Shown here piece by piece: positions 12,331 through 22,986 of a stretch of DNA of 64,000 nt. Each line of letters starts with the position of its first letter. Position 1 is the stretch's first letter. The stretch is from the NCBI GenBank assembly GCA_030867685.1, contig JAQOWU010000007.1, forward strand, positions 744,001 to 808,000, in the 5' to 3' direction. Below the pieces are notes generated by a model. The model made no database searches, was not told the origin of the DNA, and saw nothing but the letters and a program-made list of their open reading frames with translations. The translations under genes were made by a program, and so were the position numbers. Origin of the DNA: Wickerhamiella versatilis. Taxonomy: Eukaryota.

Positions 12331-14226
12331 ATGTCTTCGCTTGAATTGGGCGCACTTGCTGCGTTGGGAACAGCGTACCTTGATGCGCGTCATGATATTG
12401 CCACTGATATACTCACTATCAGTAGATTTGCCTACTCAGTGATGGCCTGGCAAGTTGCTTTACGCAGAGGTCAAGCTAACTCTTACTATATCTTCGAGAA
12501 GTGGGCAAAAACTCAGCCAGATGCCCCTTTTTTGATATATCCAGAGCCTACTGGGGCTAATAATGGCGACTCCGAGGGTCAATTCATCTTGAAAACCTAC
12601 TCCTATGGCCAGGTATATGATTATGTGCTACGATATGCCAGCTTCCTTCGCGAGGAGATGAGAGTACACAAGGGCGATGTGGTCGCTATAGACTTCATGA
12701 ATAGACCAGAGTATATCATCGTATGGCTGGCGCTGTGGTCACTTGGTGCATGCCCCTCCCTTATAAACTACAATCTACGTGGCGGTGGGCTGATCCATTG
12801 TGCAAAAGTGTCGGGGTCAAAAGTTCTGCTCTGTGACGAGGATAGTGCAGCTGCAGGAGAGGAAGTGGCGAGTGAACTAGGAGAGAGTGGCATAAACTTT
12901 GTACTGGCGGATCGGCAGCACTTTGAGCGCGTATATACCCATCACTCCCCGTATCGGATTCGTGATAGTGACCGAGGCATTGCGAAGGCTGATGGAACCG
13001 CAGCGTATATATTCACGAGTGGAACTACGGGTTTACCGAAGGCGGCGATAATTTCGTGGGAGAAGTCGTGGTTTGGAGGGTTCACCTATGGCAGTGTCAA
13101 TGGATTCCAGAAATCCGATGTGATGTATTCTGCCATGCCCCTTTATCATTCCACGGCTTCGATACTTGGGTTTTCTCCTATTCTACAGGTGGGTGCTGCA
13201 TATGCGATAGGGCACAAGTTTTCCGCATCCACATTTTGGAAACAGGTATGTCTTTGCAACGCCACTCTTATCCAATACGTGGGCGAAACATGCCGCTATC
13301 TGCTTTCTAGTCGTCCTGGATCTTATGATAAAGCACACAAGGTGCGAATGGCCCTTGGAAATGGCATGCGACCTGACGTTTGGAAGAGATTTAAGGAGCG
13401 GTTTAATGTTCCTGTCATAGCAGAATTTTACGGTGCCACGGAGCTACCATTCATCCTCACAAACAAACAGATAGGTTCCAACGGTATTGGTGCTTGCGGC
13501 TCTTATGGCACACTGGTAACCACTTACTTGCAGCTCACGAAGTGGAGTATTGCTGCTATTGACCCAGATACCCTAGATTTATGGCGTGACCCCGTGACTG
13601 GATTATCACGGAGGACAGAGCCTGATGAACCCGGAGAATTTCTCTTCAAAGTCAATGCAAGCAGAACTCACAATGACTTTCAGGGATATGTGGGTAACTC
13701 CAAGGCAACCTCCAGCAAACTGGTATTCAATGTTTTCAGAAAGGGAGATGCCTGGGCTAGATCCGGAGATTTGTTAAAGATGGACAAAAATCATTGCGTC
13801 TACTTTGTTGATCGCCTCGGAGACACGTTTCGCTGGAAGTCAGAGAATGTGTCCACAACAGAGGTGGAAGAGGTATTTCACAGCATCCCAAGCGTCGAAC
13901 AGTGCGTTGTTGTGGGTGTACAGGTGCCTCGCCATGAGGGTAGGGCAGGTTTCGCGATAGTAAAGCCAGTGGAAAATGCACAGCCAGACTTGAAAGAGGT
14001 AGCACAGGCAGTGACTCGTAGTCTTCCTCGTTATGCAGTCCCACTCTTCTTGAAATTCTCTGAAGAAATCGCAACCACTGGCAATAACAAGGTTCAGAAG
14101 ACTAAGTTCAGAACACAACAAATTCCTTCACCAACAGAAACTATCTACTGGCTTGTTGATAACAATTATGTCCCTCTCACAACACAGGCATGGGCTTCTA
14201 TTGAAACAGGCAAACAAAAGTTATGA
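12331..14226 (+). CDS. FAT1: Very-long-chain acyl-CoA synthetase / fatty acid transporter (FATP family)
   Basis: YIFTSGTTGLPK, EFYGATE and DRLGDTFRWKSENVST motifs; ends in PTS1-like QKL. Confidence 0.9.
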   Translation: MSSLELGALAALGTAYLDARHDIATDILTISRFAYSVMAWQVALRRGQANSYYIFEKWAKTQPDAPFLIYPEPTGANNGDSEGQFILKTYSYGQVYDYVLRYASFLREEMRVHKGDVVAIDFMNRPEYIIVWLALWSLGACPSLINYNLRGGGLIHCAKVSGSKVLLCDEDSAAAGEEVASELGESGINFVLADRQHFERVYTHHSPYRIRDSDRGIAKADGTAAYIFTSGTTGLPKAAIISWEKSWFGGFTYGSVNGFQKSDVMYSAMPLYHSTASILGFSPILQVGAAYAIGHKFSASTFWKQVCLCNATLIQYVGETCRYLLSSRPGSYDKAHKVRMALGNGMRPDVWKRFKERFNVPVIAEFYGATELPFILTNKQIGSNGIGACGSYGTLVTTYLQLTKWSIAAIDPDTLDLWRDPVTGLSRRTEPDEPGEFLFKVNASRTHNDFQGYVGNSKATSSKLVFNVFRKGDAWARSGDLLKMDKNHCVYFVDRLGDTFRWKSENVSTTEVEEVFHSIPSVEQCVVVGVQVPRHEGRAGFAIVKPVENAQPDLKEVAQAVTRSLPRYAVPLFLKFSEEIATTGNNKVQKTKFRTQQIPSPTETIYWLVDNNYVPLTTQAWASIETGKQKL

Positions 14227-14422
14227 ATTTATATAAGAAATTTGAGGACATGATCAGTAAACTCGAATCTGAGTTTATAAGAATAAATGCATAAAATTTT
14301 ACATCAGTTGAGACCGCTCGGTTTCACCTGTACCCACTAGGCATAAGATAATATCATGTGAATTGCTTAATGGATTTGGATAAATGAATATATGGATGGA
14401 TTAGGGTTTATTTAGGTATGAT

Positions 14423-15694
14423 ATGCGTCAATTGCCATTGGAGATCTGGCGATACCATATTCTAAGTCGGGTTCAGCTCGAAGACTTATTGAACTTCGCT
14501 GATGCTAGCTCATCCTGTTTGAACACTGCTGAGCCATTGGTGTCGAGTGCCTACAAATCACGATTTGTCGATGACGCGTGTTTAGTGCCAGGAAATAATT
14601 GGTTTGAAAAGGCCAAAATAAGGCTAAGGTGCAGACTGGTGGCTTGGGGTGGTACTGATCACCCACATTTACCGCCAATTCTAGGTGGGGGACTGCCACG
14701 AGTCACTGCGCTTCCCGTAATGCTTCAGGGAGAATACAAGGAGCTTTGCACAGGGGACCCAGCTCGATTTACCGCAATATCAACCGGAAATGAGATTAAT
14801 GACTTTGGCGGTGAGAATGTGAGGTTATTAAAGCAAGAAACGACAAGCGGGCGCGTACTCTGCCTTCCCCGGCAAAGCAGTTACACTCTATGGGCAAGTT
14901 CTGAAAATGGTGAACTGCTATGTTGGCAGAAATATAGAGATACTCCTGTTATAGCTCACTGGTCCAAAAAAAGAGTTAAAAGCGTCGCATATGTGTTGAA
15001 TTGCCTCTACGTATTGAATAATGAGGGCCTATTGACTTTGCATACCAAGTCCTCATCGGAAATAATAGAAGTAAATACCTCTGTGAAAGGCATTTTTAGA
15101 CAGGGTACCTCAAGACTTATTATTATTCTGCAAAATGGCCAGCTCATGTACTTGAATGGGGGTTCGGCATCTTTGAACGCATGGCCGTTCACTACAGAGC
15201 TTCTCCCTGAAGGACAAGATTGGAAGAATATGAGTATCAGCCCATCTGGAGAACATGCCTTATTCTGTAATGAAAATGGTGATGTGTTCCATGGAGAATT
15301 TGACACAGGTAATTGGCAGATGACCGCATGTCGTAAAGTCACTCTATGTGATGCTGCCATAGACACAGCAGTTATAGACTTTGAAAGCCTATTTACTGGA
15401 AGTTCTGGCTATGTATGTTATATATTATCACAGAAGGGCTCTATTTATGTTTTTGGCGATCTAACCATTCCTGATCTGCCTAAGTTTGGGTTGGGCGATC
15501 GTGATCGCATAGAAAAAACCTCAGGCTGCGAATTAAAAAGTGGCCGTGTCATCATAAGTACCCCTCAATTGGTTCTTCAAGGCCCTGTTCTCAAATTAAG
15601 GGCATCGCGGGGCCATATAACCGTCTTGGTGCCACCAGAGACCATACAGAAACCAGACTCGGCTGAGCCAAGGGTGAAACGACGAAAAATTTAG
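14423..15694 (+). CDS. F-box protein with degenerate RCC1-like repeats (Saf1-like)
   Basis: N-terminal F-box-like LPLEIWRYHILSRV.LEDLLNF; AWGG, VFGD...FGLG and beta-propeller-like segments. Confidence 0.55.
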   Translation: MRQLPLEIWRYHILSRVQLEDLLNFADASSSCLNTAEPLVSSAYKSRFVDDACLVPGNNWFEKAKIRLRCRLVAWGGTDHPHLPPILGGGLPRVTALPVMLQGEYKELCTGDPARFTAISTGNEINDFGGENVRLLKQETTSGRVLCLPRQSSYTLWASSENGELLCWQKYRDTPVIAHWSKKRVKSVAYVLNCLYVLNNEGLLTLHTKSSSEIIEVNTSVKGIFRQGTSRLIIILQNGQLMYLNGGSASLNAWPFTTELLPEGQDWKNMSISPSGEHALFCNENGDVFHGEFDTGNWQMTACRKVTLCDAAIDTAVIDFESLFTGSSGYVCYILSQKGSIYVFGDLTIPDLPKFGLGDRDRIEKTSGCELKSGRVIISTPQLVLQGPVLKLRASRGHITVLVPPETIQKPDSAEPRVKRRKI

Positions 15695-15722
15695 TTTTGG
15701 CTCTCCTATGTACCTAGCAAAC

Positions 15723-16829
15723 CTAAGCCAAGAGCTTTGTGACTTCTTGGGCTATGGCGTCTCCGACTTGTTCAGTGGTGCTGTCTCCCCCGATGTCACC
15801 AGTTGAGATTCCTCGCTCAGTTACATTGCTTACTGCTTTCTCCAAGGCGTCAGCTTCCTCAGGAAGATTGAGTGATAGACGCAGCATCATTGCAGCTGAG
15901 AGAATCATAGCGATTGGATTGACCTTGTTGCGGGCAAGGTCAGGAGCAGAGCCGTGGCAAGGCTCATAAAGGCCGAATGCCCGGTTCTTATCAGGTAAAC
16001 TGTTAAGACTGGCACTTGGCAGTAGGCCAAGAGATCCAGGGATGACAGAGGCCTCATCACTTATGATATCACCGAACATATTAGTGGTGATAACAACGCC
16101 ATTAAGAGACCGAGGGTCCTTAATAATTTGCATAGCAGCGCTATCAATTAGCTGATGCTGCAGGCTGACTTCTGGGAACTCCTCCTTAAAGATACGGCTT
16201 ACTGTTTCCCGCCACAGTCTTGAGGTGGCTAGAACGTTAGCTTTGTCCAAACTCCACACCTTGTGAGGAGGGTTTGACTGACGGGCTAGGAATCCTGCCA
16301 TGCGTGCAATCCTCTCAATCTCAGGGACTGAGTATTTTTCAGTGTCCCAGGCGACCCCTTGATCGTCAGTCTCTTGGCGCTCGCCAAAATATATACCTCC
16401 AGTGAGTTCACGAACAATGACAAAGTCCGTTCCTCTTGCTTTGTCTTCCCTTAGGGGTGAGAGCTTTGCCAAACTATCGCAAACGAAGTTGCAGGGGCGC
16501 AAGTTTGCGTACAAGCCCAACTCCTTACGAATTTTCAAGAGTCCTTGCTCGGGGCGAACTTTGCCAGTGCCCCATTTTGGTCCACCTACAGCTCCCAAAA
16601 GCACAGCATCTGCTGCCTTGGCAGCACTGAGAGAATCGTCTGGCAGGGGGTTTCCAGTGGCATCGATAGCTGCACCGCCTATCTTATGTTCTTGGAAGTT
16701 GAAGGCAAATTTGCTGCGAACGCTTTCCACGGCTTTTAGTACTTTGATCGCTTCTTCGACGATTTCACTACCGACGTGGTCACCAGGAAGCACTACCACC
16801 TGGTAAGTGTGAGGTGTTGTAGTAGTCAT
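15723..16829 (-). CDS. LEU2: 3-isopropylmalate dehydrogenase
   Basis: [50 protein letters not shown]. Confidence 0.97.
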   Translation of the reverse strand: MTTTTPHTYQVVVLPGDHVGSEIVEEAIKVLKAVESVRSKFAFNFQEHKIGGAAIDATGNPLPDDSLSAAKAADAVLLGAVGGPKWGTGKVRPEQGLLKIRKELGLYANLRPCNFVCDSLAKLSPLREDKARGTDFVIVRELTGGIYFGERQETDDQGVAWDTEKYSVPEIERIARMAGFLARQSNPPHKVWSLDKANVLATSRLWRETVSRIFKEEFPEVSLQHQLIDSAAMQIIKDPRSLNGVVITTNMFGDIISDEASVIPGSLGLLPSASLNSLPDKNRAFGLYEPCHGSAPDLARNKVNPIAMILSAAMMLRLSLNLPEEADALEKAVSNVTERGISTGDIGGDSTTEQVGDAIAQEVTKLLA

Positions 16830-17019
16830 GATGACAACAAAATATCTTGTAAGCTTTGAAAAATACGTTCTGGCAATATACTATTAAACAAGTTTGCACA
16901 TAATTTACCTCCTGTTAGGCTTAGCTGGGTCTAATCATAGAGTATTAGGGAGTTGCGACGATCTTATTATCAAAAAATAGCTATGTCTCTCATCATCGTA
17001 ACGAGTACTGCCCTCTACT

Positions 17020-17028
17020 ATGAGTCAT
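17020..17028. promoter_or_regulatory. Perfect Gcn4/AP-1 site ATGAGTCAT about 190 bp upstream of LEU2
   Basis: Exact match to the Gcn4 consensus upstream of an amino-acid biosynthetic gene. Confidence 0.6.
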
Positions 17029-17184
17029 GTTTGATACATCGCATAAGGTGATAACCAAGATAGGCATGCAGTGACTTGTCGACAGACTTATCTTTTAGTA
17101 TTATACTTCTAAATATCGACGGACTGGATTGAAAATACAAATATAGTGAGCCAATGATCTCCCTGATTAGAGGAGGAGACCTGG

Positions 17185-17745
17185 CTAAGAAAATTGGCTA
17201 GATCCAATGTCAAGCTCAATATCATCATCATTAACAGCTGCCTTAGGCGAAACAATATTCTTGGGTCGTCGTAGATCTGACGGATCGAATTCGCGTTTAA
17301 CTGTTTTCACTTTGCGAACATGCATTTTAAATTCTTTGTCGTAAACACAATTGCCTAATGATTTTCCAAACATGCGCAGGGCCCTCTTTAATGCATCTGT
17401 TTGGGCTTCCTTGCGAGCTTTGTCCAGCGCCATTGCTCGTGACGGCGAATTCTCTGCTTTTCCCGTACCTATACCATCGTTTGAATTCCCCTCTCTGACA
17501 AGCGTAACGCGCGTAATACACTGGACCACGACAAGAAATCGACCATGATTTTCCTGGCTAATTACCGTTTCCATCTTAAGGATCTCGCTGGACCAACCAT
17601 CAAAACCAAAAATCTCATTTGCGAGGTCAATTACGCGATGCCCCTCAATATATATTTGATCGCCACTCCCGGGCTTTGTGGACAAATACTCCGGGCCCAG
17701 GTCACGCTGAAGCTCTGTGGCAATTGCATCACTAGAACGCTTCAT
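17185..17745 (-). CDS. RAD52: Rad52-family ssDNA annealing protein, N-terminal domain only (186 aa)
   Basis: LGPEYLS, YIEG..VIDLANEIFGFDGWSS, KARKEAQTDALKRALRMFG..LGNCVYDK. Confidence 0.85.
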   Translation of the reverse strand: MKRSSDAIATELQRDLGPEYLSTKPGSGDQIYIEGHRVIDLANEIFGFDGWSSEILKMETVISQENHGRFLVVVQCITRVTLVREGNSNDGIGTGKAENSPSRAMALDKARKEAQTDALKRALRMFGKSLGNCVYDKEFKMHVRKVKTVKREFDPSDLRRPKNIVSPKAAVNDDDIELDIGSSQFS

Positions 17746-17905
17746 CTACCGCGTGCCACCACCAAATTACTAATAAACACTTGATCCTAATGCACAATTA
17801 CACTACCTGATGCTGGTTGGACAATATGCTAGGCATTGTCAAAGGCCATAGTTGATGATTTGAGACAGCATTGCAAAAAAAATAAATTAGAAGAAAAAAA
17901 TCTAT

Positions 17906-18688
17906 CTAGTCACTAACAATAGAAAGCTGTCGCATTTGGCCTAAGGCTTGTTCGACGTAATTATCAAGCTGCCCACTGGCATACTCATCACGAACCTGCG
18001 GTTCTAAATACTGTTGAACCTCGGCAAGGCGTGTGTAAGATTCCTCGAAAATCCGTAATTGGATTTTTACCAGCGCTTCAAAGCTGGGATCCAAATAGGG
18101 GACTCTGAAATCAATTAGTTGAGGTAGCTCTGCCGTTAATTGTTCGTTAATCTGTTCATACGCCTCCTTGGCTTGCTTCAGTTCCTGTTCCGCCTGTGGT
18201 AGCTTCGTCACATCATCTGAGGGCTTGTCAACAAGCTTCGTCGTTTTGTGGCGGAGTTTATCGTAGTCTAACAGTTTGTGATGTCGCTTCTTAATGGCCT
18301 CCTCTATATCATTAAAGTAGGCACAGAACCGCGTCACTGGATCAAGTACTGCCTCACGATATGGCTCATCGAGTTCCTTGATTGTCTTAGTATCGAGTCC
18401 TTCGACTGCTTGAAGATAGTACTTTGAGACATTGTCTCTAGTACCAGATTCGCCGTAGAGTATGTCAATAGTCTCTGCAATCTTCATTTGAGCAGATGTA
18501 ACTGCGCGCAGCGTGTCCAGATACGCTTTGGCCTCACCGCGTAACTTGGTGACTAGCTGCTCCAAAACATGGTACCGTCGCTCCTCAGTCTCATATTCAC
18601 GGTCAATCGTGCGATCTATGTGACCAGTTTTCATCATAACCTGCGTTCCCGCACGGGACATGGCCTTTCTGAATCCCGTCCAACTCAT
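17906..18688 (-). CDS. RVS161: Amphiphysin/N-BAR protein Rvs161
   Basis: MSWTGFRKAMSRAGTQV..., LPQLIDFRVPYLDPSFEALVKIQ. Confidence 0.95.
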   Translation of the reverse strand: MSWTGFRKAMSRAGTQVMMKTGHIDRTIDREYETEERRYHVLEQLVTKLRGEAKAYLDTLRAVTSAQMKIAETIDILYGESGTRDNVSKYYLQAVEGLDTKTIKELDEPYREAVLDPVTRFCAYFNDIEEAIKKRHHKLLDYDKLRHKTTKLVDKPSDDVTKLPQAEQELKQAKEAYEQINEQLTAELPQLIDFRVPYLDPSFEALVKIQLRIFEESYTRLAEVQQYLEPQVRDEYASGQLDNYVEQALGQMRQLSIVSD

Positions 18689-18778
18689 TGCTCTACGCTG
18701 TTTGATTAGTAATAAGAGGCTTTCACGAAATAAATTTATATACTGTATACACTAACAAAGAAATACAAAAAACGAAAC

Positions 18779-20479
18779 CTATTTCTGGTTGTCATTGTCA
18801 TCATTGATTTTCAAGCCAGAAATACTTTCCTGCTGAAAGCCATCATTGGCTTGCTGAGGCGATTGAGCCTTCTGTCCCTGAGAATATAATGACTTTTCTC
18901 GGACTGATTGGTCACGGGTGGAAAGGTGAGAGAGTATTCCAGATGCTACTGATGGTCCTGGCTGCTGCTGGCTACCGGGCGAAACAGGAGTGTTCAACAC
19001 AGGAGGCTCGTCATAGCGCTGGCCCTCACCTGCAGGACAAACATGGATAGCACGGCCCCACTCTGAGTGCAGAATCTGTTTTGCCGTAAGGCGACGTGAT
19101 GGCACAGGATCCAGCACAGAGTAAATAACATTGCGACGTTGTGAATGTTCCAATTTTTCAATTGGCTCATATCCTTGCTGTGACTTCCGGCCGACCAGAT
19201 ACGAGTTGTAGAAATGATCCGACTGTTTGGCTTCATTCCATAAATGACGTCCAGTGCGCATTGCCAAATAAACGACACCTGCAGCCCATACATCCACCGC
19301 ACGTGGGTCGAAATTGGGTTTCGTATATTCTTCAGGCGCAATATACGGCCCTGAACCACAAACTCCCGACGAAAGATTCACATCATGCTCCCACGCCATA
19401 CGGAAACATTCTGCGACACCAAAGTCTGTGACTTTAACACATCCCCTGGACGTAAGCAGTAGGTTCTCAGGCTTAATATCTCTGTGGGCCACACCCATTT
19501 CGTGCATATATGCAATGGCGCGAACAAGCTGTTTGAAAAAGCAATCAGATTCTCCAGCCTCAAGTTTACCAGCAACAACAATCAGAGAATAAAGATCACC
19601 ACCTGCACAGTACTCCATGACTCCAGCATAGCGAGCTTTTCCACTTTGAAGCAAGTCTAGGGTTTGAATAATGTTAGGATGGCGCATCGAGCTAGCCAGA
19701 CAAAATTCACTAGCCAAGCGCTTCAAGAATGCTGCTTCAGATTCACTATTGTTAGGACGGTACTCTTTGACCGCATATACAAGTTTCTTCTTTTTGTCTT
19801 CTGGATTCGACTTTTGAGCTACACGGACAACTCCGTACGCGCCTTTACCTACAATCGAGCTTAACTCGCCATACTTGTCAGTTAAACTTGAGTTGCGACG
19901 ATGATTTAGATATTCTTCCAGTGCAACTCCAGGGTCTTTGTCGGATTGCCGCATACGCTTGGCCAGAAAATTCAATAAGGTGGGTGGTTGCAGCTTATCA
20001 CGATCTGAATTCGCCGTGGCTACGGCTACAGCATCACTCGCCTCCCGATCTTCCTCTTCACCAGTGGGTGCCTCGTGATGAGCTTTGAAGAGATCCTTGA
20101 GCATTCGGCCCAATTTTTCCTGACGTCGCGCAGGACGTAGCTGATGCATGTGCGGATTTCCTGGTATGTATCGTGGCGGTTGTTGTTGATGAGACTGGCC
20201 CCCTACCGAACCTGTCGGACTCAGAGGACGCTGGTGTGGAGGTTTGGACGCAAGACGTGCTGTTGAGCTTGTAGAAGCATTCTCAGAGGGTAGCACTTGC
20301 GTCGAAGCTCGGCTAGATGGACGACTGGGTGGACGACTGGGCGGACGACTGGGCGGACGACTGGACTGACGACTGGCTGGACGACTCGCTTGTTGGTCTA
20401 GCTGACGGCTAGACAAACCACTAGACGGCAATTCACCGACTAGCGGTGAGCTGCTCTTATTATTATTTCCCTCCGCCAT
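18779..20479 (-). CDS. SAT4: Hal4/Sat4 (Npr/Hal5 family) Ser/Thr kinase
   Basis: GKGAYG, KRLASEFC, MEYCAGGDL, HRDIKPEN, DFGVAECFRMAWE. Confidence 0.85.
   Translation of the reverse strand: MAEGNNNKSSSPLVGELPSSGLSSRQLDQQASRPASRQSSRPPSRPPSRPPSRPSSRASTQVLPSENASTSSTARLASKPPHQRPLSPTGSVGGQSHQQQPPRYIPGNPHMHQLRPARRQEKLGRMLKDLFKAHHEAPTGEEEDREASDAVAVATANSDRDKLQPPTLLNFLAKRMRQSDKDPGVALEEYLNHRRNSSLTDKYGELSSIVGKGAYGVVRVAQKSNPEDKKKKLVYAVKEYRPNNSESEAAFLKRLASEFCLASSMRHPNIIQTLDLLQSGKARYAGVMEYCAGGDLYSLIVVAGKLEAGESDCFFKQLVRAIAYMHEMGVAHRDIKPENLLLTSRGCVKVTDFGVAECFRMAWEHDVNLSSGVCGSGPYIAPEEYTKPNFDPRAVDVWAAGVVYLAMRTGRHLWNEAKQSDHFYNSYLVGRKSQQGYEPIEKLEHSQRRNVIYSVLDPVPSRRLTAKQILHSEWGRAIHVCPAGEGQRYDEPPVLNTPVSPGSQQQPGPSVASGILSHLSTRDQSVREKSLYSQGQKAQSPQQANDGFQQESISGLKINDDNDNQK
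20319..20386 (-). repeat. 12-bp coding repeat (SRPP/SRPA/SRQS) in kinase N-terminus
   Basis: About 6 imperfect GGACGACTGGGC units on the + strand. Confidence 0.8.
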
Positions 20480-20723
20480 AGAGGCAGGGCTATCAGTTGA
20501 AATCCCGCTTCTGAAAGACTAAGGTATGAATTGAGGTAAGCGAACCCTTAGTCAGGTTGCGGTCTTGGTTGTTGACTGCTTGCGTGGTAGGATAATACAT
20601 TGGCGGTCCGATTAAGCGTGGATTGTTCTAGTTTTTATTTCAAAGACTTAAACTATTTCGAACTTGGTGCTTTCGGAAGCTTTCATAGCTGCCAAATTTT
20701 CAAGTTAGTCAGGAAGTTTCACT

Positions 20724-21095
20724 ATGGATGATGATATTTGGGCGGACTCAGAGCCGGGTCAAATGACCGGAGTGAAGCGGGAACATACCAACGCTGGTTT
20801 TGTGGCAGGCATGACGGTTGCGAAAAACGAAACGCTTCAAACTAGCTTTGATGAGGGCTTCACTGAAGGTGCACAGTTAGGGCTGGAGACTGGTCAGATT
20901 ATTGGCTTTTTCCAAGGGTTGGGCCTTTATGATTTAGAGAAGGCAGCAGAAAATGAATTATCACCTTCAAACCTATTTGCGACGGAATTTTATGATGGTG
21001 AAATGCGACCTAAATTTGGCAGCACCCATCCCCTTATTGCCAAGTGGACATTACGTAGTGATGCGTTCAAGACGAGTGATGATAGTAGACGATAA
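20724..21095 (+). CDS. YAE1: Yae1 (deca-GX3 adaptor for Rli1 Fe-S maturation)
   Basis: MDDDIWADSE..H..AGF.AG....K...LQ..FDEGF..GA..G...G.IIG pattern. Confidence 0.8.
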   Translation: MDDDIWADSEPGQMTGVKREHTNAGFVAGMTVAKNETLQTSFDEGFTEGAQLGLETGQIIGFFQGLGLYDLEKAAENELSPSNLFATEFYDGEMRPKFGSTHPLIAKWTLRSDAFKTSDDSRR

Positions 21096-21195
21096 TCGAA
21101 TCTAATAATTATTTAATAGGGAAGATAGTATACAGTGAGGATAACTATGCACCAACTCAGTTTCATATACATATCTGATACGGAGTAGATATCTG

Positions 21196-22836
21196 ATGTC
21201 AGCAACCATGGGGGAGTTGCCTTTCGTTTTCCCCTTGGTGCAACCAAAAGGCCCCTATGAGAGAGATGCGTTGGATATAGTGATGACCAAGGGTTTAGCG
21301 CTATGGCCAAAACTTGATAGACAAAGTGCACAAACTGCATTATCCACAGATTTCAGTGCAGGTGATGCCGGCCGTGCTATCACACTATTGCAATTTTGGT
21401 TGGATGCCACTCATGGATATATATCTAGGCCTCAGCCTTTGCCGTTGCGTGGGGCGTGCAATTTCAATGGCATTTCCTGCTACGCTGATTCCTTGCTCAT
21501 GGCAATGTTCAGTCGCATGAACAACTTTGAGCCGTTACTCTACCAACAGCAGTTCGATGAATATCCTACAGAGGTTTTTGCGACCTGGCTAAGGCTATTT
21601 GTAAATCTACTGAGAAATGGAGAGCTTCTTACGTCGGACATAGTTCGAGGATTATTGGAGGCTGCCAAGAAGGCAGGATGGTATGACGTAGATCATCAGC
21701 AAGACACGGCCGAATTCTTCGGATTCATCACGGAAAAACTTCGCATGCCTCTCTTAAATCTAAAGGTTAACATTGCCCATGGAGGTAGGGAAGATGCAGA
21801 GGATGACCATAAGTCCGTCCTAGAACAGCTGCTCTATCTGCCTGTACCTGGCGGCTCCAACGATCCACCATTACCTTTGGAGGCATGCCTCGAAGAGTAT
21901 TTTTCAGATACTGTGTCTGTGTCACGAAACTTGGATCCTATCCAAGGCCCCTCACAGAGTGCTGGCCCATCTAAGCCGGCAAAAAGAAGCCGCAGTTATT
22001 CCATTGTATCAACAACAACCCCATCGCTACCTGGACGCCGATCAATGGCGAATTTGGAAAAAGGTGATGAGCTTCCAACGTATACAGCACTATATGGCAC
22101 TGAATCACCGGCTTTAGATGTAAAAAGGTCTTTGTGGACACCAGAAAATGAGATGAATTTGCCCGCTTGGATGTTCTTACAGCTAATGCCCTTTTACGCT
22201 GAGAACCAGGACTCAACTGTAAACAACTTAGAAGCTCAGCAGGTAGCACAGCATTTCAGAAAAGCGCGTCCCATTTTAGGGCTATGCTTGAAGCGTTACA
22301 GCTGGGACCTTAACGGCGAGGCGATTCGTAACTCGCGCCGCATTGTTGTTCCTGAGAATATATATCTTCCCAGCTTTGTTGCCGATGATAGTGATCGAGA
22401 CCAGGTATTTGGAAACTTTAAGCTGGAGCTGGAATCCGCTATCTTCCATCGAGGTAAGGACATTCACTCAGGACATTATGTGGCTGTTGTCGGTGAAACC
22501 CCCAAGCCCAATCGGCGAAGCACGTGGATGGGATCCCAACCAACTAGTCCCGAACTTAGTGGCCTGGAAAGTGGGACCCGTCAATGGCTCTTGTTTGATG
22601 ATATGGCACCAGTAGGTGAGAAAGTCAAGCCCCAATCTTTTTCTGATGTATTTGACAATGAATGCCCATACCTTCTGTTTTATCGTATGGTGGCCTTAGA
22701 CGAACCTCCTCCCGAACCTTTAACAAAGCCAGCAAATTCGAAGCCAAAGAAAAAGAAAAATTTTTTCCGACGTACCCATAAAGACGATCATGATTATGCG
22801 GAATACTATCGCCAGGAAAAATGTACATTGCAGTAA
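21196..22836 (+). CDS. USP-family ubiquitin-specific protease with C-terminal polybasic region and CaaX box
   Basis: Cys box NGISCYADSLL, QQDTAEFF, His box HRGKDIHSGHY, WLLFDD; ends KKKKNFFRR...EKCTLQ. Start may instead be ATG 21208. Confidence 0.8.
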   Translation: MSATMGELPFVFPLVQPKGPYERDALDIVMTKGLALWPKLDRQSAQTALSTDFSAGDAGRAITLLQFWLDATHGYISRPQPLPLRGACNFNGISCYADSLLMAMFSRMNNFEPLLYQQQFDEYPTEVFATWLRLFVNLLRNGELLTSDIVRGLLEAAKKAGWYDVDHQQDTAEFFGFITEKLRMPLLNLKVNIAHGGREDAEDDHKSVLEQLLYLPVPGGSNDPPLPLEACLEEYFSDTVSVSRNLDPIQGPSQSAGPSKPAKRSRSYSIVSTTTPSLPGRRSMANLEKGDELPTYTALYGTESPALDVKRSLWTPENEMNLPAWMFLQLMPFYAENQDSTVNNLEAQQVAQHFRKARPILGLCLKRYSWDLNGEAIRNSRRIVVPENIYLPSFVADDSDRDQVFGNFKLELESAIFHRGKDIHSGHYVAVVGETPKPNRRSTWMGSQPTSPELSGLESGTRQWLLFDDMAPVGEKVKPQSFSDVFDNECPYLLFYRMVALDEPPPEPLTKPANSKPKKKKNFFRRTHKDDHDYAEYYRQEKCTLQ

Positions 22837-22986
22837 TTGCAGTAAACACTTCATATATCCATATTTATTGTATCATCTCGATGTTTTCGTCTTTTATTAT
22901 CCCCAATATAATTGTATAATCCTAGAATTATCAGTAGATAATATTTAAAAAAAAAGATACATGGTTAAAAGACATCTTCGCGATTT

